64,000 nt of DNA, from contig NC_089434.1 in assembly GCF_026210795.1 (NCBI RefSeq), positions 1,302,001 to 1,366,000 of the forward strand, in the 5' to 3' direction. The stretch is from Rhizophagus irregularis (taxonomy: Eukaryota). Positions 1 to 13,065 of the stretch are shown in pieces. Every line of letters starts with the position of its first letter. Within the stretch, counting starts at the first letter, position 1. The notes beneath the pieces are model-generated. The model was given only the letters and a program-made list of their open reading frames with translations, searched no databases and was not told the origin of the DNA. The position numbers and the translations under genes are program-made.

Positions 1-873
1 ATAACTTTGTTGTAAATATTTTTTTTTAAAATCTATATCTATTATTCTCAATACAAGTATATAATTTCCATTTGTTAAACTATAACATGGGATAATATTT
101 GGATTACGTCTAGTTAAATGTGATTTAGTCTAAAAATGTTTAAGATTGAATTTTTTTTTGCTAGCTATTATTTTAAACCAACTTTACGGTAATTTACACT
201 TTCAACATTTTCTAAATGTTATTAATTTTTTTTCAGAATTTCATTTTTCAATCAACCCAAATTGCTGTATAAATTTCAGAGACGCCACATTATGTTAATA
301 ATATTTTGATATTTCGTAAATTATTATATTTTATTTTTATATTTATTTTTATTATAATGACAAAGCTATGCTAGTACAATTTTAGGCATGACTACATCAA
401 AGTAGAACAAGCTTAAACTACAAGTCCCCGATGGCCTATTTTTTTTGAAACAATAAAAAGACGTGGCTTATTGTCGTGTATTATAAATTATTATATTAAA
501 TAGGATCCATTCAACTATTTTACTAGGCGTGTGTTGATTCCATTTGATATTTTCTTGAATTAAATAATCAATTTCGCCATTTCCGGATGTCCAATTTGAA
601 AAATTTTCTTTTAAATAATTTTAAACACGAGATTTATAATATAATATGGCCATTACAAATTCTTCTTGTTTCTGGATCAAAATTAGCTTTATCTCGACCA
701 TAACCAAATAACTAATAATTTTATTGCGTCGCTTGTGAGAATTTTATCAGCAAGAACTGTCTGTTTTTGAAATTCAAAGTGTTTGTTAAATCATTGTGAA
801 TATCGACATTTGTAAAAATAATGGCTCTGTTAATTGTGCATTAACTAATTCTTTTCAATCAAATAACAGACAT
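1..873 (-). pseudogene. Degraded TKL-family kinase paralog (5' part; continues beyond the left edge)
   Basis: ATG at 873 (atgtctgttatt) and remnants matching the intact paralogs (KQTVLADKIL, ENFSNWTSG, SKIVEWI; exon-2 remnant CYSLTNGNYILV at ~1-87), broken by stops, frameshifts and deletions. Confidence 0.8.
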
Positions 874-1046
874 AATATAATTATTTTTTGTAAAAAAAAA
901 ATATATTAGTTTTTAATTTGATACAAAAAATGAAATAGGAACAATAACTTCGAACTTTTTAAATTAGTTCATCTTTAAAAAAAAAAGATTTGTCGGAATA
1001 ATCTAATCTCATGCATAAAGATAATAAATAAATATATTTTTAGTAT

Positions 1047-1600
1047 ACTAGGAAACGGAAACCGTTGTAAGTCCGGAGCGAAAGATTTGTACAAAAATCC
1101 AAATATCTTTAAAAATTTAATTTGTACAAAAAATCTGGCATCCCTAAAAAAATAAAAATGAAAAATGAAACATTAGAAACGTTTCTTTAAGGTTAAACAA
1201 GTAAGAAAAGCCCTCACAATTTACCTTTAAAAGTCCGGCATGTACAAAAAACCTGTGTTCCTAGATAAAAGAAAATAAAAATGAAACGCTAAAAACGTTT
1301 CTTTAAAGCAAAACAAATAAAAAACAACTTACCAGTCCGGTATGTACAAGAAATCCAGAAACCCTAGGAAAAAAATAAGAAAGTCGTTTAAAAGAAAAAT
1401 ATACTTACTAGCCGAAATCTAAAAAAAAAGGTAATCATAAACTTTTTACTTGTTTATTTTTGATGTAGCACGAAATTTCAATACACATTCTGTGCAGACC
1501 AATCAGAAATGACGCATGCGGACAACTGGAAATCGCCACGTGACACTAATTGTCATCGACCTTCGTAAAATTATATAGTCTTTCGCTACGCTCCGGACAA
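1047..1600 (-). mobile_element. Non-autonomous Helentron/Helitron2-like element, copy 1 (contains a micro-exon/intron array)
   Basis: Minus-strand 5' end TTGTCCGGAGCGTAGCGAAAGACTATATA; 3' end TCGCTCCGGAC-TTAC-AACGGTTTCCGTT-TCCTAGT. This gives an asymmetric subterminal inverted repeat (GTCCGGAGCGA/TCGCTCCGGAC), a 3' hairpin and CTAGT, with no TSD. The same termini recur at 17246-17405 and 31274-31509. Confidence 0.7.
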
Positions 1601-2996
1601 TCATTTATATCATCTAAAAAATATGCAACTTTTTATATAATGATAGCATAAAATTAAATTAAGATTACCCGTAAACATCAAAATGATGAAAGGATTCACG
1701 AAGGTACAATTTGAAAAACAAATTAATACTTTGTTAACATTTATTAATGATTATATTTCTTTCTTTATTAGTATTACTAATTCACCTTCAGTATTGATAT
1801 TATTTATTTGTTTCAAAAAATATAATCATCAAAATTTCCAAATTAAATCACGTAATAAAATTGTGACTAATCTTGTTATCTTGGTAAATAATAATCTCAG
1901 TTCTTTTATTAATAAACATAACTTTATAACCATTAATAATTCTATTAATTAATAATTTATTATTATCACTTTCTAAATTAATATATATAATATAAGAATA
2001 TTCTAACCTTTCTAACAACAATCGATTAAAAAAAATCAAAATATAAATTTATATATACTGTATATTTACAACTTAAAAAATTATCTACTTTCATTGTATA
2101 ATTTATCAAATAACAATTTCCCTTATCCCCGGCCACTAACGGGCATCCAGAATTTTTTTGCCATTTATAAACTAGGTATGCAGCATAATAATTTATTAGT
2201 AGTTATAGTTTAATTGAGTATAATTTATCAATTTTTTATTGATTCGTTATTATTATAATAGATGTTTAATTTTACTAATATTTATAGCTACATTACAATT
2301 AGAAATATGAAGTGTGAATTCCATTCCCTCCAAATCAAGAGTTATATTTTGAGATAAAGATTGAGAGTCACTTTGTGCGCTCTTATTTAAATCTATAAGG
2401 ATCTATAAGGGTGACCTGACTTTCCCTTTAAAAGGCGTTCTTACTTTGATGTAGTTTTGCTTGCCATTTTTAAGAAAATTGTGTAAAAACTAAAGGTTTA
2501 TTTTTATATATATGGTGAACACTGATCAACTATGTGTCCAGGATGATAAATTAGTTATTTACAATCATACAATGCTATTCGTAAAGAGTTATTATCCAAC
2601 CCATTTACTTATGGATAGCATAGTAAATAACTAAATTATTTTCATTTTCATTTTCAACAGATGTCAATAGACCTTGTGTTAGTTGAACTCTGTAATAAAA
2701 TTATTCCACTACTTTACTTGTATTTACGAAATTTGTACGAAATTTGTAAAGGGAATTAAAAAGACGATAAACTCCAATTAGTAACAACATAAATATTTTC
2801 TTTTTGGTGATAATTCATATATTTAATAATTCAAATTTATTATATAATTATTTAAATTACAAACTAAGAATTTTGTAAAACATTTTTTTTACTACTCTAG
2901 TCTTAGTGTTTAAATAATTCAAAATAAAGCATAAATAAATGATAAAATCTTTCGAAATATAATAATGATATCGTTAACTTATTTCCAAAGGAAAAT

Positions 2997-5746
2997 TTAA
3001 AATCCATCTAAAGAATAGATAAATAACAATAAATACCAATTAGTAAAAACAAAAAAAAAGTAATAGCAAATTTCTTTTAAAGCAATTAAAACTTACCATC
3101 GGGAATTTCCAGCTCATCTTGCTCTTCTGAATGAAGGTTTGGATTATTAAACATTTCATCATCATCTGTAAGAATGAATAAATAGAATTAAATAAATATA
3201 AAATTGAAATCGTTGCAAAATTTTCCGCCTACCATCAATATCACCAATATTTTGTCTTTTCATTTTTTGTTGAATCACTTCTTTTTCACCATCTAAATTT
3301 TTGAATAAAAGCCATATTAAATTAATACATGACAAAACTAGTCATTCATTTTTTTTTTATTTTTTGCTTACCATCACTATCAATATTTTTCCTTTTCATT
3401 TGTTGTTGAATTATTTCTTTTTCGTCATAGTAATTTTAAAATAAAATCACGTTATTTAATAAATGAAATTAATATAATGAATTCATTTATTTACTTACTA
3501 TTTGAATTTATTTGCAAATTAAAAAATTCTTTGGGTAATTTTTCACTATCACCTAAATTAAAAATGTAAGAAATAGATTTTAATTTAATATATTATTTCA
3601 AATAACCACTTTTTAGTAACAAAAATAAGAATAATTGAATAATATGAAATTGATCATTAAAATGTATATATATTTACTTACTAATAACATTTGGTCCTTT
3701 TGTTTGTTGTACTGTTTCTTGTTTATATTAAATTAAAAATAAATTATGTTTAATAAATAATGAATATTTGCACTAATAAATAAGCTTATTTATTCACTTA
3801 CCATCTTTTATTGGCAACTTTTCAAATGTTTTGGATAAATTTTTACTATTTGCTAAAATTTGAAAATACATGTTATTATTTATTTACCTAATTGCATTGT
3901 CATTAAAAAATTATCAAAATATAAGTTACCCTTAAATATACTGTGTAATTTTGATGTATTATTATTACTCTGATTTCTTGGTTTATTAAAATCATTAACT
4001 AAAGAAAATGTAAAATTAATAATTGAATATATATATAGCTATATAACTAATTCACAACTTAAAAAATATTACTATTAGCGGGAATACTAAAATCATACGA
4101 TTTACTATGAAATGCTATTTAAAATGAAATATTTAGTTAAAAAAAAAGTCAAAATGATAGGAGTACAAATAATCTGAAAAAATGAAAAAGATTTATATAT
4201 TAAATTTGTACCTTCTAGCTCCTCTTTTAATTTAGTATGAACAATGAGATTTTATTATTATTACTTATTTATTTAAATAATAAAAGCAATATGTAATAAA
4301 TACAATACCTTCTGTTGCATTTCTTTGTTCAAATTGATGAATTTTACTTGTAAATAATCTGCTATTTGTACTATTTACTAAATTATTTGCTTCACTAAAT
4401 TCTAAATTATTATGTATTTCTGATTCATCTGTCATACTTTGATAATATAAATTCATATCCCTTACTTTTATTGTAAGTGTAGTAGTATCTGGTCTTTTTG
4501 ATGGATCTGCATCCCAACATTCTTCCATTAAATTTTTATATTCAACAGGGGTTCCTGATACTATTCTTGGTCTAATACCATTAATAATATTCATTGCAAG
4601 ATCGTAATCATGTTCATGATTAATAAATGGTGGTTGTTGTGATGAAATTTCCCACATAAGCATTGCAATACTATAAATATCAGATTTAAAAGTATATTCT
4701 TTTCCATTAATAATTTCAGGTGCTATGTAAGGAAGATTTCCATATATACATTTTGATGATTTATCAGCAGGTCCACAAAATCCAAGATCACTAATATACC
4801 ATAGGCTATTAAGTTGTGAATACAATATATTTCCTGAATGTAAATCTCTATGAATTGATGCATTATCAAAATGAATAAAATAAAGTGCCCTAACTATTTC
4901 AAAAGTTATATTGATTTTTTGTTTCCATGTAAGCTTATTATGATTTTGTTGCAAATATTCTCTTAAATTTATATTCATTTTATCCATCACAAGCATATAA
5001 TTTCCATTTAATATATTTTGTGTTAAACCATAACATTGGACAATTACTGGAAATTTATTACCTATAGTTAAATGTGATTTAGCCTATAAAAATGTAAAGA
5101 ATTAATAAATAAACTGGTCAATTAGCTTCTTCTAAATTTTATTTAAATTACAAACCTCTTCAAACCAACTTTGATTTGCACTTTCAACATTTTCTAAACT
5201 TTTAAGTATTACATCTTGATCTCCAAATCTTATTAATTGTTTTTTTTTAGAATCCCATTCTTCATATTTTCCATCAATCCAGACTGCTGTATAGATTTCA
5301 GAAAATCCACCTTTTGTTAGATACTTAATATTTCGTAAACTATTATATGGAATCCATTCAATTATAGTATCTGGTCTAACTAATTCCATTTGACATTTCT
5401 GGATTAAATTATCAATATCTTCATTTCCAGATGTCCAATTTGAAAATTTTGCTTTTAAATAATTTCTAACACAAAATTCACAATAAAATGTAGCTAAACA
5501 TTTTTGATTACAATTTTCACAAGTTCTTTTTGTTCCTGAATTAAAAAGAATTTTATCTCGATCATAATCTTTAGTTACCCATCTTATTGCATAAGTTTTT
5601 TCATCTTCTGTAAGAGAATTATCAGCAAGAACTGTCTGTTTCTTAAATTCATATTGTTTATGTATATCAGTGTGAACATTATAGTCTATTAATGCAATTG
5701 ATCGATTAATTACTGCGTAAACAAATTCTTCTCGAATGACAGACAT
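2997..5746 (-). CDS. TKL-family protein kinase paralog 1 (multi-exon; N-terminal CxxC..CxxC motif, kinase domain, micro-exon tail)
   Basis: ORFs 5132-5746 and 4265-4996 are joined by a GT-AG intron (5155-5084). Motifs LTKGGFSEIY, VILK, HRDLHSGN, SDLG, APE, SDIYS, CWDADPSKRP. Small 3' exons (EELE; AFHSKSYDFSIPAN; ...NNPNLHSEEQDELEIPD; DGF-stop at 2997). Confidence 0.9.
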
Positions 5747-7259
5747 GGAATTTTTTTAAAATAAAGCTCCAAAAGAAGGGCTAAAAAAAAATATTATAAC
5801 AAGAAAAAAAGGCTGAACGGAGTTTTGTATCCGAAATAATCCACAAACTTATAATGCAGTCAGTGCAACTTACCTAGTATTGCACAAAATGCTTTTTGCT
5901 CCAAACATAGATCTACACTCGTGTGAAACATATCACATGCATCATGAAATGAAATTGTCACGTGATTATAATGATTTCTTGGATAAAGCGAAACCTAAAG
6001 GACAATCTTTTAAAATGACTGCAATGATCGTAGTGGCTTAAGCGTATTAATTATTTAGAATGAATAAAAAGAAACTGACTTATATAATTACAGAAATTAA
6101 ATTTATGTACTAGTACGCCCATGCGGTAAAATTATTCCCTGCACTCCTTTTTTGAATATGATTGGTTCAAAGTGTGGCTAACTTCCATTAATTTTGTGTA
6201 ACATTTAGAAAATATTCATCGCATTTAATAAAAATTAAAATTTCGTAAAATAAAAAGGAATTTAAAGGGTTATTATAATTATTCTTTGTTTCTTTCTTTA
6301 ATATATAAATTACAATTTATTAAATTTATTAAATATTTCAACACACTTAACAAAAAACAGTGTTTTACCATTACACCATTGCAGAACTAAGTTATAAACG
6401 TTTCATAATAAATAATAATAATGAATTTTTAAATTTCTGAAAAAAAATTATTATTTAATAATGAATTAAAAATCAAAAGCAACTAGTACTATACAAAGTT
6501 GAAATGTCGAATCCTAAAATAAACTTCCAAAATAAAATATTTCTAAAGAAATGTTTTTTTAAACAATATATCCAATGTTCTTAACTTTGCTGAAACCTCT
6601 GATTTAGCAACTTTAACGCTTCTAGCATGTGACCATCACGTGACTATAGGGTCGATCGCTAGTGGCATTTTTTTCGTTTAGACTGTCCAGTTTCTACCTC
6701 ACTACTTTATATTTTCTACATGGAGGTAATATGAAACTTTAATTGTTTTTTAATTGTGAAAAATACGTTTTAATTTTTGAAAATACAATTATTTTTATTT
6801 TTAAAAAACATGTAATTATAGATTCTGTCATTTCACTTCATATCTGTTATATAGAAGCGATAAGTTGTATACAAACCATTAAGTAACGCATTTTATTATT
6901 AATTATTAAAATTTTAATAGATTACATAATTTTTTTTATCAATAATAAATTATTAATTGTATAATTGTAAAATATTGTAATTTAATTATAACATACACAA
7001 ATAGTACAATATCTTATATAAATATTAATTCCTCTTGTTATGATTGGATTGCCGCGGATTTTTAAGCGATCAACGTACTAAGTTTCCGTTGACATAGCGC
7101 CCCTGGTGACACAACCATAACAAGGTGGGAACCCATTCAAGAATAAAATACAATTGTTTCAATTTTTAAGAATGTACATAGTAGTTAAAGAATATATATA
7201 AAATGGGCGTGTGTATATTTTATAATATTACGCAGTTCAAACAATAAAGAATAAATTAA

Positions 7260-9042
7260 TCAATATTCTAATGAAAGCTTCATGGCAATGTTTTTACCGG
7301 ATCTACTTGGCACTTTATAATTCTTCGTAATGTTATCAAGCTCCTTAATAGCTTTGACATCGTATTTAGTATAGTGTATTTTAAACGCTTCTCTGACGAA
7401 TAGAACAAGTCGTTCCAAAGTACCGCACTTTTTAAGCTTAGTCTTGTCAGTGCCTGTTAGATATCTATATAATATCTGCTCAACAACTTCGGAGGTCATA
7501 AACTCTTCAATTTCTGATCTTGCTGGCGCAGTAGTTTTTCCTTTTTTTACTCGTATTTCTCTGAATTCATGGACCTTTGCATCAATCTTTTTATTAAGTT
7601 TACTGCGAAAATCTGTTAGAGTCCGTTTAGAGTGGCAAATGACCTCTTCAGCATTATTACTATAGAGGTCATAATTAAATATTGTCTTTACGAGACTTTC
7701 AATAGCATCATCTGGAGGTGCCCTACATCTGAGAAAAAGACATTTAATTTCCTCATGCCAAAGCCGAGCAAGTGCCTTTTCGTCATTTGCAGATATAGCT
7801 GCAGTGGCTTTTGATATTGGTGCAGTGGGTATCATCATGTTATTTACAAGAAGCAAATCTAACGATGTATTCATAGCGTTGTACATCTGATTTGCCATTA
7901 CTAATACATCCGGTCTTTCTATTAGCCACTGGCAAACTTCTAAAATATTTTTCATTCCATTTAAAGCTTTAGGTTTGTCTAAAAGTATATTTATATAAAT
8001 TGTTAAATATTAGTATTCGTAATAAACATAATAATAATAATAATAAACAATAATTAGGAAATAATTACCTTTTCTTGTATCATGCAATGTTAAGTCTTGT
8101 TGGTTTCTCCATCTTTCACTATACTTCTCATCTAAGCTTCCGGCAGATTCATCACTATCACCTCTATCTTCTATAATCATCAGTGAATTGAATTTATTAG
8201 TATAAGTAATATTAGTTACTACATAAGGATTAGTTTGCAATTACCTTTATCATCATCACTTTCCGAGACTTCAAGCAAATCAGTAATATTTCCTTGAGAT
8301 CGTTGACGCTTATTTTTAGTAGAACTGATGGATAAAACCCGTTTTTTATTCATACTTTTAGCCGATCGACTTGCAGTTGCACTTTCTGTTTCTATTTCAC
8401 GATCATCTTCACAAATCTTTTTAGAATTATCCGCAATTGTGCTATAATCTAACTTGAAAGGCCCAGAAATGCTTAAATCATTGGGTGTATCATCAAATGC
8501 TGGTTCTAACTCATCGTCAGAAATAGAAATGACATTAAGGTCTGATTTAGAAGGTTGCTTTTCACTATCATGATCTAATTATAATATACATTATTCAATA
8601 TTGAAATTTATTATAAAAATAAAATAATGGTAAATTTAAAAATTAATTACCAGCTTCAGCTTCATATTCTTGAATCGGAGTGTCACATTTATTCGCTTGT
8701 TTTTTATTATCCCGGACACGATCACCTAATTAAAGTAAACGCAAATCGGAAATTGAGAAAAAATTACTAAAATAAGAAAAGATATTACTAATTTTTTTAA
8801 AAAAAAGTCTGAAGACATTACCCGCAGCAGTCTTTAGCACTTGGGTTGAACCACGACCTCGTCCACAACCTCGTCCATGACCTCGTCCACCACCATTTTT
8901 TCCACGACCTTCTAATTAAATTAAAAAGTACTAAATAAAAAATTGTAATAATATTATATTGCAATTTTATATAAAAATATTTACTTTTGACTTCTGCTTC
9001 ATTTTGCACGGTAGTTTTTTGTTCTTTTCGTACTCTTGTCAT
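7260..9042 (-). CDS. Hypothetical multi-exon protein (N-terminal GRG repeats, acidic/low-complexity middle, helical C-terminal domain); possibly a transposon accessory protein
   Basis: About 6 exons with GT-AG introns join in frame from ATG 9042 (MTRVRKEQKTTVQNEAEVK|KGRGKNGGGRGHGRGCGRGRGS...) to the 231-aa ORF ending at 7260. No stops found in the spliced frame. Confidence 0.7.
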
Positions 9043-9463
9043 TTTAAAAAAATAAATAATAATTTAAAAAGTTTTTTTTTTTATAAAATTGGAAGAGTTA
9101 CGAAATTTAAAAAATTATTTTTTTTATTACTAATTTTATTATCAAGAAACAAAGTTTATAAAAGTTTATTTTTAAACTTAATGTAAGAAAAAGTCTATTT
9201 GTTTAAGTTTATTTAGGCGAATAATTTAAACTTTAATATATAAAACTTCATATATGTTAATAAATAAGCTTCTCTATATATATTTTAATAAATAAACTTT
9301 TATACAATAAATTTTATATCTACTTCAGTAAAAGAAAATGAAAAATATCATCTTTCGAAATTTTTTAAAAAAATCAAAATGTAAGAAAAAGAAATTTTTC
9401 ATTTTTCAATTTTTTCATATTTTATGAGCAAAACAATATCAACGAACTAATTGATTAACAAAA

Positions 9464-10348
9464 AGTTCGCCCTTACGCCCTTACGCTTCTATTGTAATAG
9501 CACTGTTTTACTGATTGATAAAATAAACTTACTCTCCCCTATTGTAATACTGATTGATATATAAATCAAGATCACGGACACCAAATGATGGGCCAAGATC
9601 ACTATGGCATATTTTTCACTTTTTACACGACTTAAAATATAACTTTCAACATCGACACTATTATCAAAAGAGAATATAAAGCTATCTTTAGTAGTACCAA
9701 AATTTTCTTCATCTAATTCATCATCAGATTCATCAGACTCATTAGATTCCCACACAATTAGATTATATTCTCCAAGAATTTCATTACTATTGTTCACTTT
9801 GATAATTGTTATAGTACGAAGTCGATTATCACAGATTTATGAAATTTTTTATGTGTAAACCCATCACGAGATCCACAAAGTAACAATTGGAATTTGTACG
9901 CTTTTTCTATCTCATCTGTAATTTCTAATCTATCAATCCATTTTGAAATTAATTCGGCATGTTGAATTGTAATAATTTTGGAATTAATATAAATTCATTT
10001 ATAGCAGTCGTCATACGAGGTTTTGATTTTTTATTAGGATTCATAAAATATTTTAATAAGTCTTCATATAATAAATCCTTTGGTAAAATTTTTCTGTAAG
10101 GTAATACTTTATCCGAAAATTCTTCAGAAGACAAATTATGAAATCTGATGAATGGAATACATTGACGTACATTATTCTTTAAAGTTTTGAAATCTTCTTT
10201 TGAAATATTTGTAATATCAAAAGGAAGTTCAGGACTTTGAGCAAGTCCCCATTTTAGCACATGTTCCCATACTTGAATTTCCCTCATTTAAAATAAAAGA
10301 GTTCACCCTTATACCCTTACACTTCTATTGTAATAGTAATGTTTCACT
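9464..10348. repeat. Pair of 49-bp direct repeats (9464-9512 and 10300-10348) bracketing a BACK-TLDc gene fragment
   Basis: agttcgcccttacgcccttacgcttctattgtaatagcactgttttact vs agttcacccttatacccttacacttctattgtaatagtaatgtttcact. Confidence 0.8.
9540..10287 (-). pseudogene. 5'-truncated BTB/BACK-TLDc family pseudogene (BACK C-terminal part plus TLDc)
   Basis: EIQVWEHVLKWGLAQ..IPFIRFHNLSSEEFSDKVLPY; SKIITIQHAELISKWID; GSRDGFT; TTKDSFIFSF..YILSRVK; GPSFG. Frameshifts present; no BTB domain. Confidence 0.85.
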
Positions 10349-10430
10349 TAAAGATTCCTAAGTATAAAATCTTTAAGGAATTTTTGTAATTATGATTTAA
10401 ATTAAATTGTAAATTTAATATCGGGAGATT

Positions 10431-12110
10431 ATGTATCACGTGTATCACATATATAGTATTAATGATTATCGATCTTTCTTTCAAATACACGTTCTTCTCT
10501 CTCTCCCTTCCCAGTCTCTCATTTTTTCCATACATGTAAGTGTGTGGTATATGTGTTTATTTCAACGAAACATTATGCAAATGTTAACTAGTGTTTTGTT
10601 TCTTTTTCCTCTTTTTAGATATCCGGTTTTTCAGGTATTTGAATGGAGACTTTCGGTAAGTAAAAAAAAATTAATTCAACATTTTTTTATATTTACTAAC
10701 TGTTCATTTCTCTTCCTTTTTTAGGCGTTTTTCGAGTCTTTTTGGACGTAGGACTGGTAAATAAAAAAAAAATTTTTTTTAAAATTTTTTTTTTATATTA
10801 ATAAGCATTACTAACTTCATTTTATTTTTTTAGGCGGTTTTTGAGTCTCTTTTAATGTGGGACCGTTAAGTAAGAAAAAATTTTTTTTTTATTTTTTATA
10901 TTAATGAACACTATTAACTGTTTATTTTGTTTCTTTTTTTTAGGCAGTTTTCAAGTCTTTCTGGACGTGAAGTACCGGTAAGTAAGAATTTTTTTTTTCT
11001 TTTGTTTATTTTAACGAACATTGCTAATTGTTCATTTTTTTTTTCTTTTTTAGGAATTTTTTTTTGATGTGGGATACCAGTAAGTTTCATGAAAAATTTG
11101 TTTCAATTTTTTTTATTTTGACGAATACTAAATGTTCATTTTTTTTTCTTTTTTAGGTGTTTTTTTAACTTGGATACCGGTAAGCAAAAAAAAGAAGTTA
11201 TTTCAGATTTTTTTATATTAACGAGCATTACTAACTGCTCATTTTCATTTTTTTTTTAGACGTTTCTTTTTTAAGTATCTCTGGACGTAAAATACTTACA
11301 GAATAACGGCAAAGGAAAAAAGATATCGAAGATGACATCTTTCGGATTAATTTCAGTATCAGACACGCACTACAAGTTATTTCAACAAGTGTATTGAAAA
11401 CAAAAAATTCAATTTTTTCTTTTCTTTAGATGGGATGGGTCATTAATGCATTAGAAACTGGTGAGGAATTATTTAAATTTTTATTTTACTGTAGCGAAAT
11501 ATCTACTAACATTTGATTTTTTTTCTTTTTAGATGGCCATTTCTTTTGATTTCTTTAGACGTGTGGGAACTTGGTGAGTGAAGGCTTATTTGAATTATTT
11601 ATTTTAATGAAACGTTTATTAACGTTTCGATCTTTTTCTTTTTTTTATAGACAAGTAAGTTTCAATAGGGGAATACTATCGCTGGCTATAGATCAGCTAT
11701 TAGTAAAATCCACGAACAGATTGATACTTTTTCAATTGGAAATCACCTGAATATTGTAAAAGCCATGCAAGCAATTAGGATCGATAACCCTCCTGCTTCA
11801 AAATCAGATGACGCTATTGACATTATACCATGATCTGGGATATCGATTAGAGAGAAAATAATTTAATAATAGGTAAGTTTCATTGCGAAACTTCAATTGT
11901 TTCCTTTTTAATAAAAGCGTTAAATAATGTTTAATTTTTTTTAGGTTGTCTGGGTAGTATTATGTAAACAATAAATTTGAAATTCCTTATCAAACTTTAT
12001 TTAAAAATATGTTCCAACGCGATCGTAACCAATCACTCTTTCTTAGCGGCGAATATCAACAGAAAAATTAAGGAAAAGTGATAAGTTTCATTGTGAAACT
12101 TGAATTCATT
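10431..12110 (+). repeat. Tandem micro-exon/spliceosomal-intron array A (putative non-coding spliced transcript in a repeat element)
   Basis: CACGTG at ~10437 and a CT-rich tract, then ~10 units of ~100-115 bp. Each unit is GTAAG..A/T tract..(TA)CTAA(C/T)..polyT..TAG plus a related 23-37 nt exon (gcggtttttcgagtctttttggacgtgggac-like). Exon lengths are not multiples of 3. Confidence 0.7.
11669..11830 (+). pseudogene. Fragment resembling the N-terminal (core-binding) region of a DIRS-type tyrosine recombinase
   Basis: Open frame GNTIAGYRSAISKIHEQIDTFSIGNHLNIVKAMQAIRIDNPPASKSDDAIDIIP. The T-I-x-G-Y-R-S-A-I-S..H...G-x-H..I...M...PP pattern is typical of DIRS YR proteins (recognised by eye). Confidence 0.65.
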
Positions 12111-13065
12111 TGCTATATGAAGGAAATATGAAATCATCTTAATTCAATATTATTTTTTAATTTTAAAAATATGTATTATTTTCAAAAAAAATTATAGATT
12201 CTATCTGTAGAGGCAATAATATGATGATTTTTAAAATGAAAAAAAAGTTTAATTGTGAAATTTTCAATTTATCTAATATCTAATTAAATTTTCATACTTT
12301 TTTTATCCTAATTTTTTATATTGTATTTATAATTACAAATCTTAATATTAAATTACAAATCTTAATTTTTATTGCAAATTTTGATACTTATAGTCTTGTA
12401 TTACCTATTTTACCCTAGTTTGCAAACAATTGATTTTAAAAATCTTTAAAAATGATGGAATAAATTATAATTTATTAATTAACCAATAATATTAAAGTGC
12501 GATTTTTTCAAAATCAAGTGATTGCCCGAGCCCCACCTTTTGCTATAGGTCCGCCCATATATAAATCATAAATATTATTTATAAAAAAAAAATTTTTTTG
12601 GGAAAAGTCTCATATTTATATAAAATATATATCACGTGCATCATGTGATATTAAATTAATAATTATCGCAGCTGAAGCTGCGGTATACCGAAAAAAAAAA
12701 TTAAGCTTTTTTTGGCAAAGCTTAATTTTTTTTTTCTTTCATCCCCTCACCTCCCTTACTTCTATCCCTTCTTCCCCTTTCTTCCGCCCTTTCCCTTCCC
12801 TTTTTTCAGAAAAACAAAATGGTAAGTTTCGAAGCATTCGCTTTGAAACTTTTTTAAAAAGTCATTTTTTTTAAAAAAATTGCTTTTTAGGAAACGTTTA
12901 CTAATGTTTCCTTTGTTTTTTTTGTAGGTTCGGGAGTTAGTTTGGGAGCTTAAAACACTCTTGAAATGGTGAGCTTAACCCAAATTATATATCTGATATG
13001 TATTTTTCATTAGAAACGTTCTAATTGAACATTTCTTTTTTGTAGGCGGTTTTTTCGGTCTCCTT

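Noticed and set aside
1683..2039. Short AT-rich ORFs
   Set aside because: Low complexity; part of the region matches non-coding kinase 3' flank sequence at ~35330-35460.
10600..11290. CRISPR-like repeat/spacer periodicity
   Set aside because: The short segments are related to each other, the conserved parts are spliceosomal signals, and there are no cas genes. This is a eukaryotic exon-intron tandem array.
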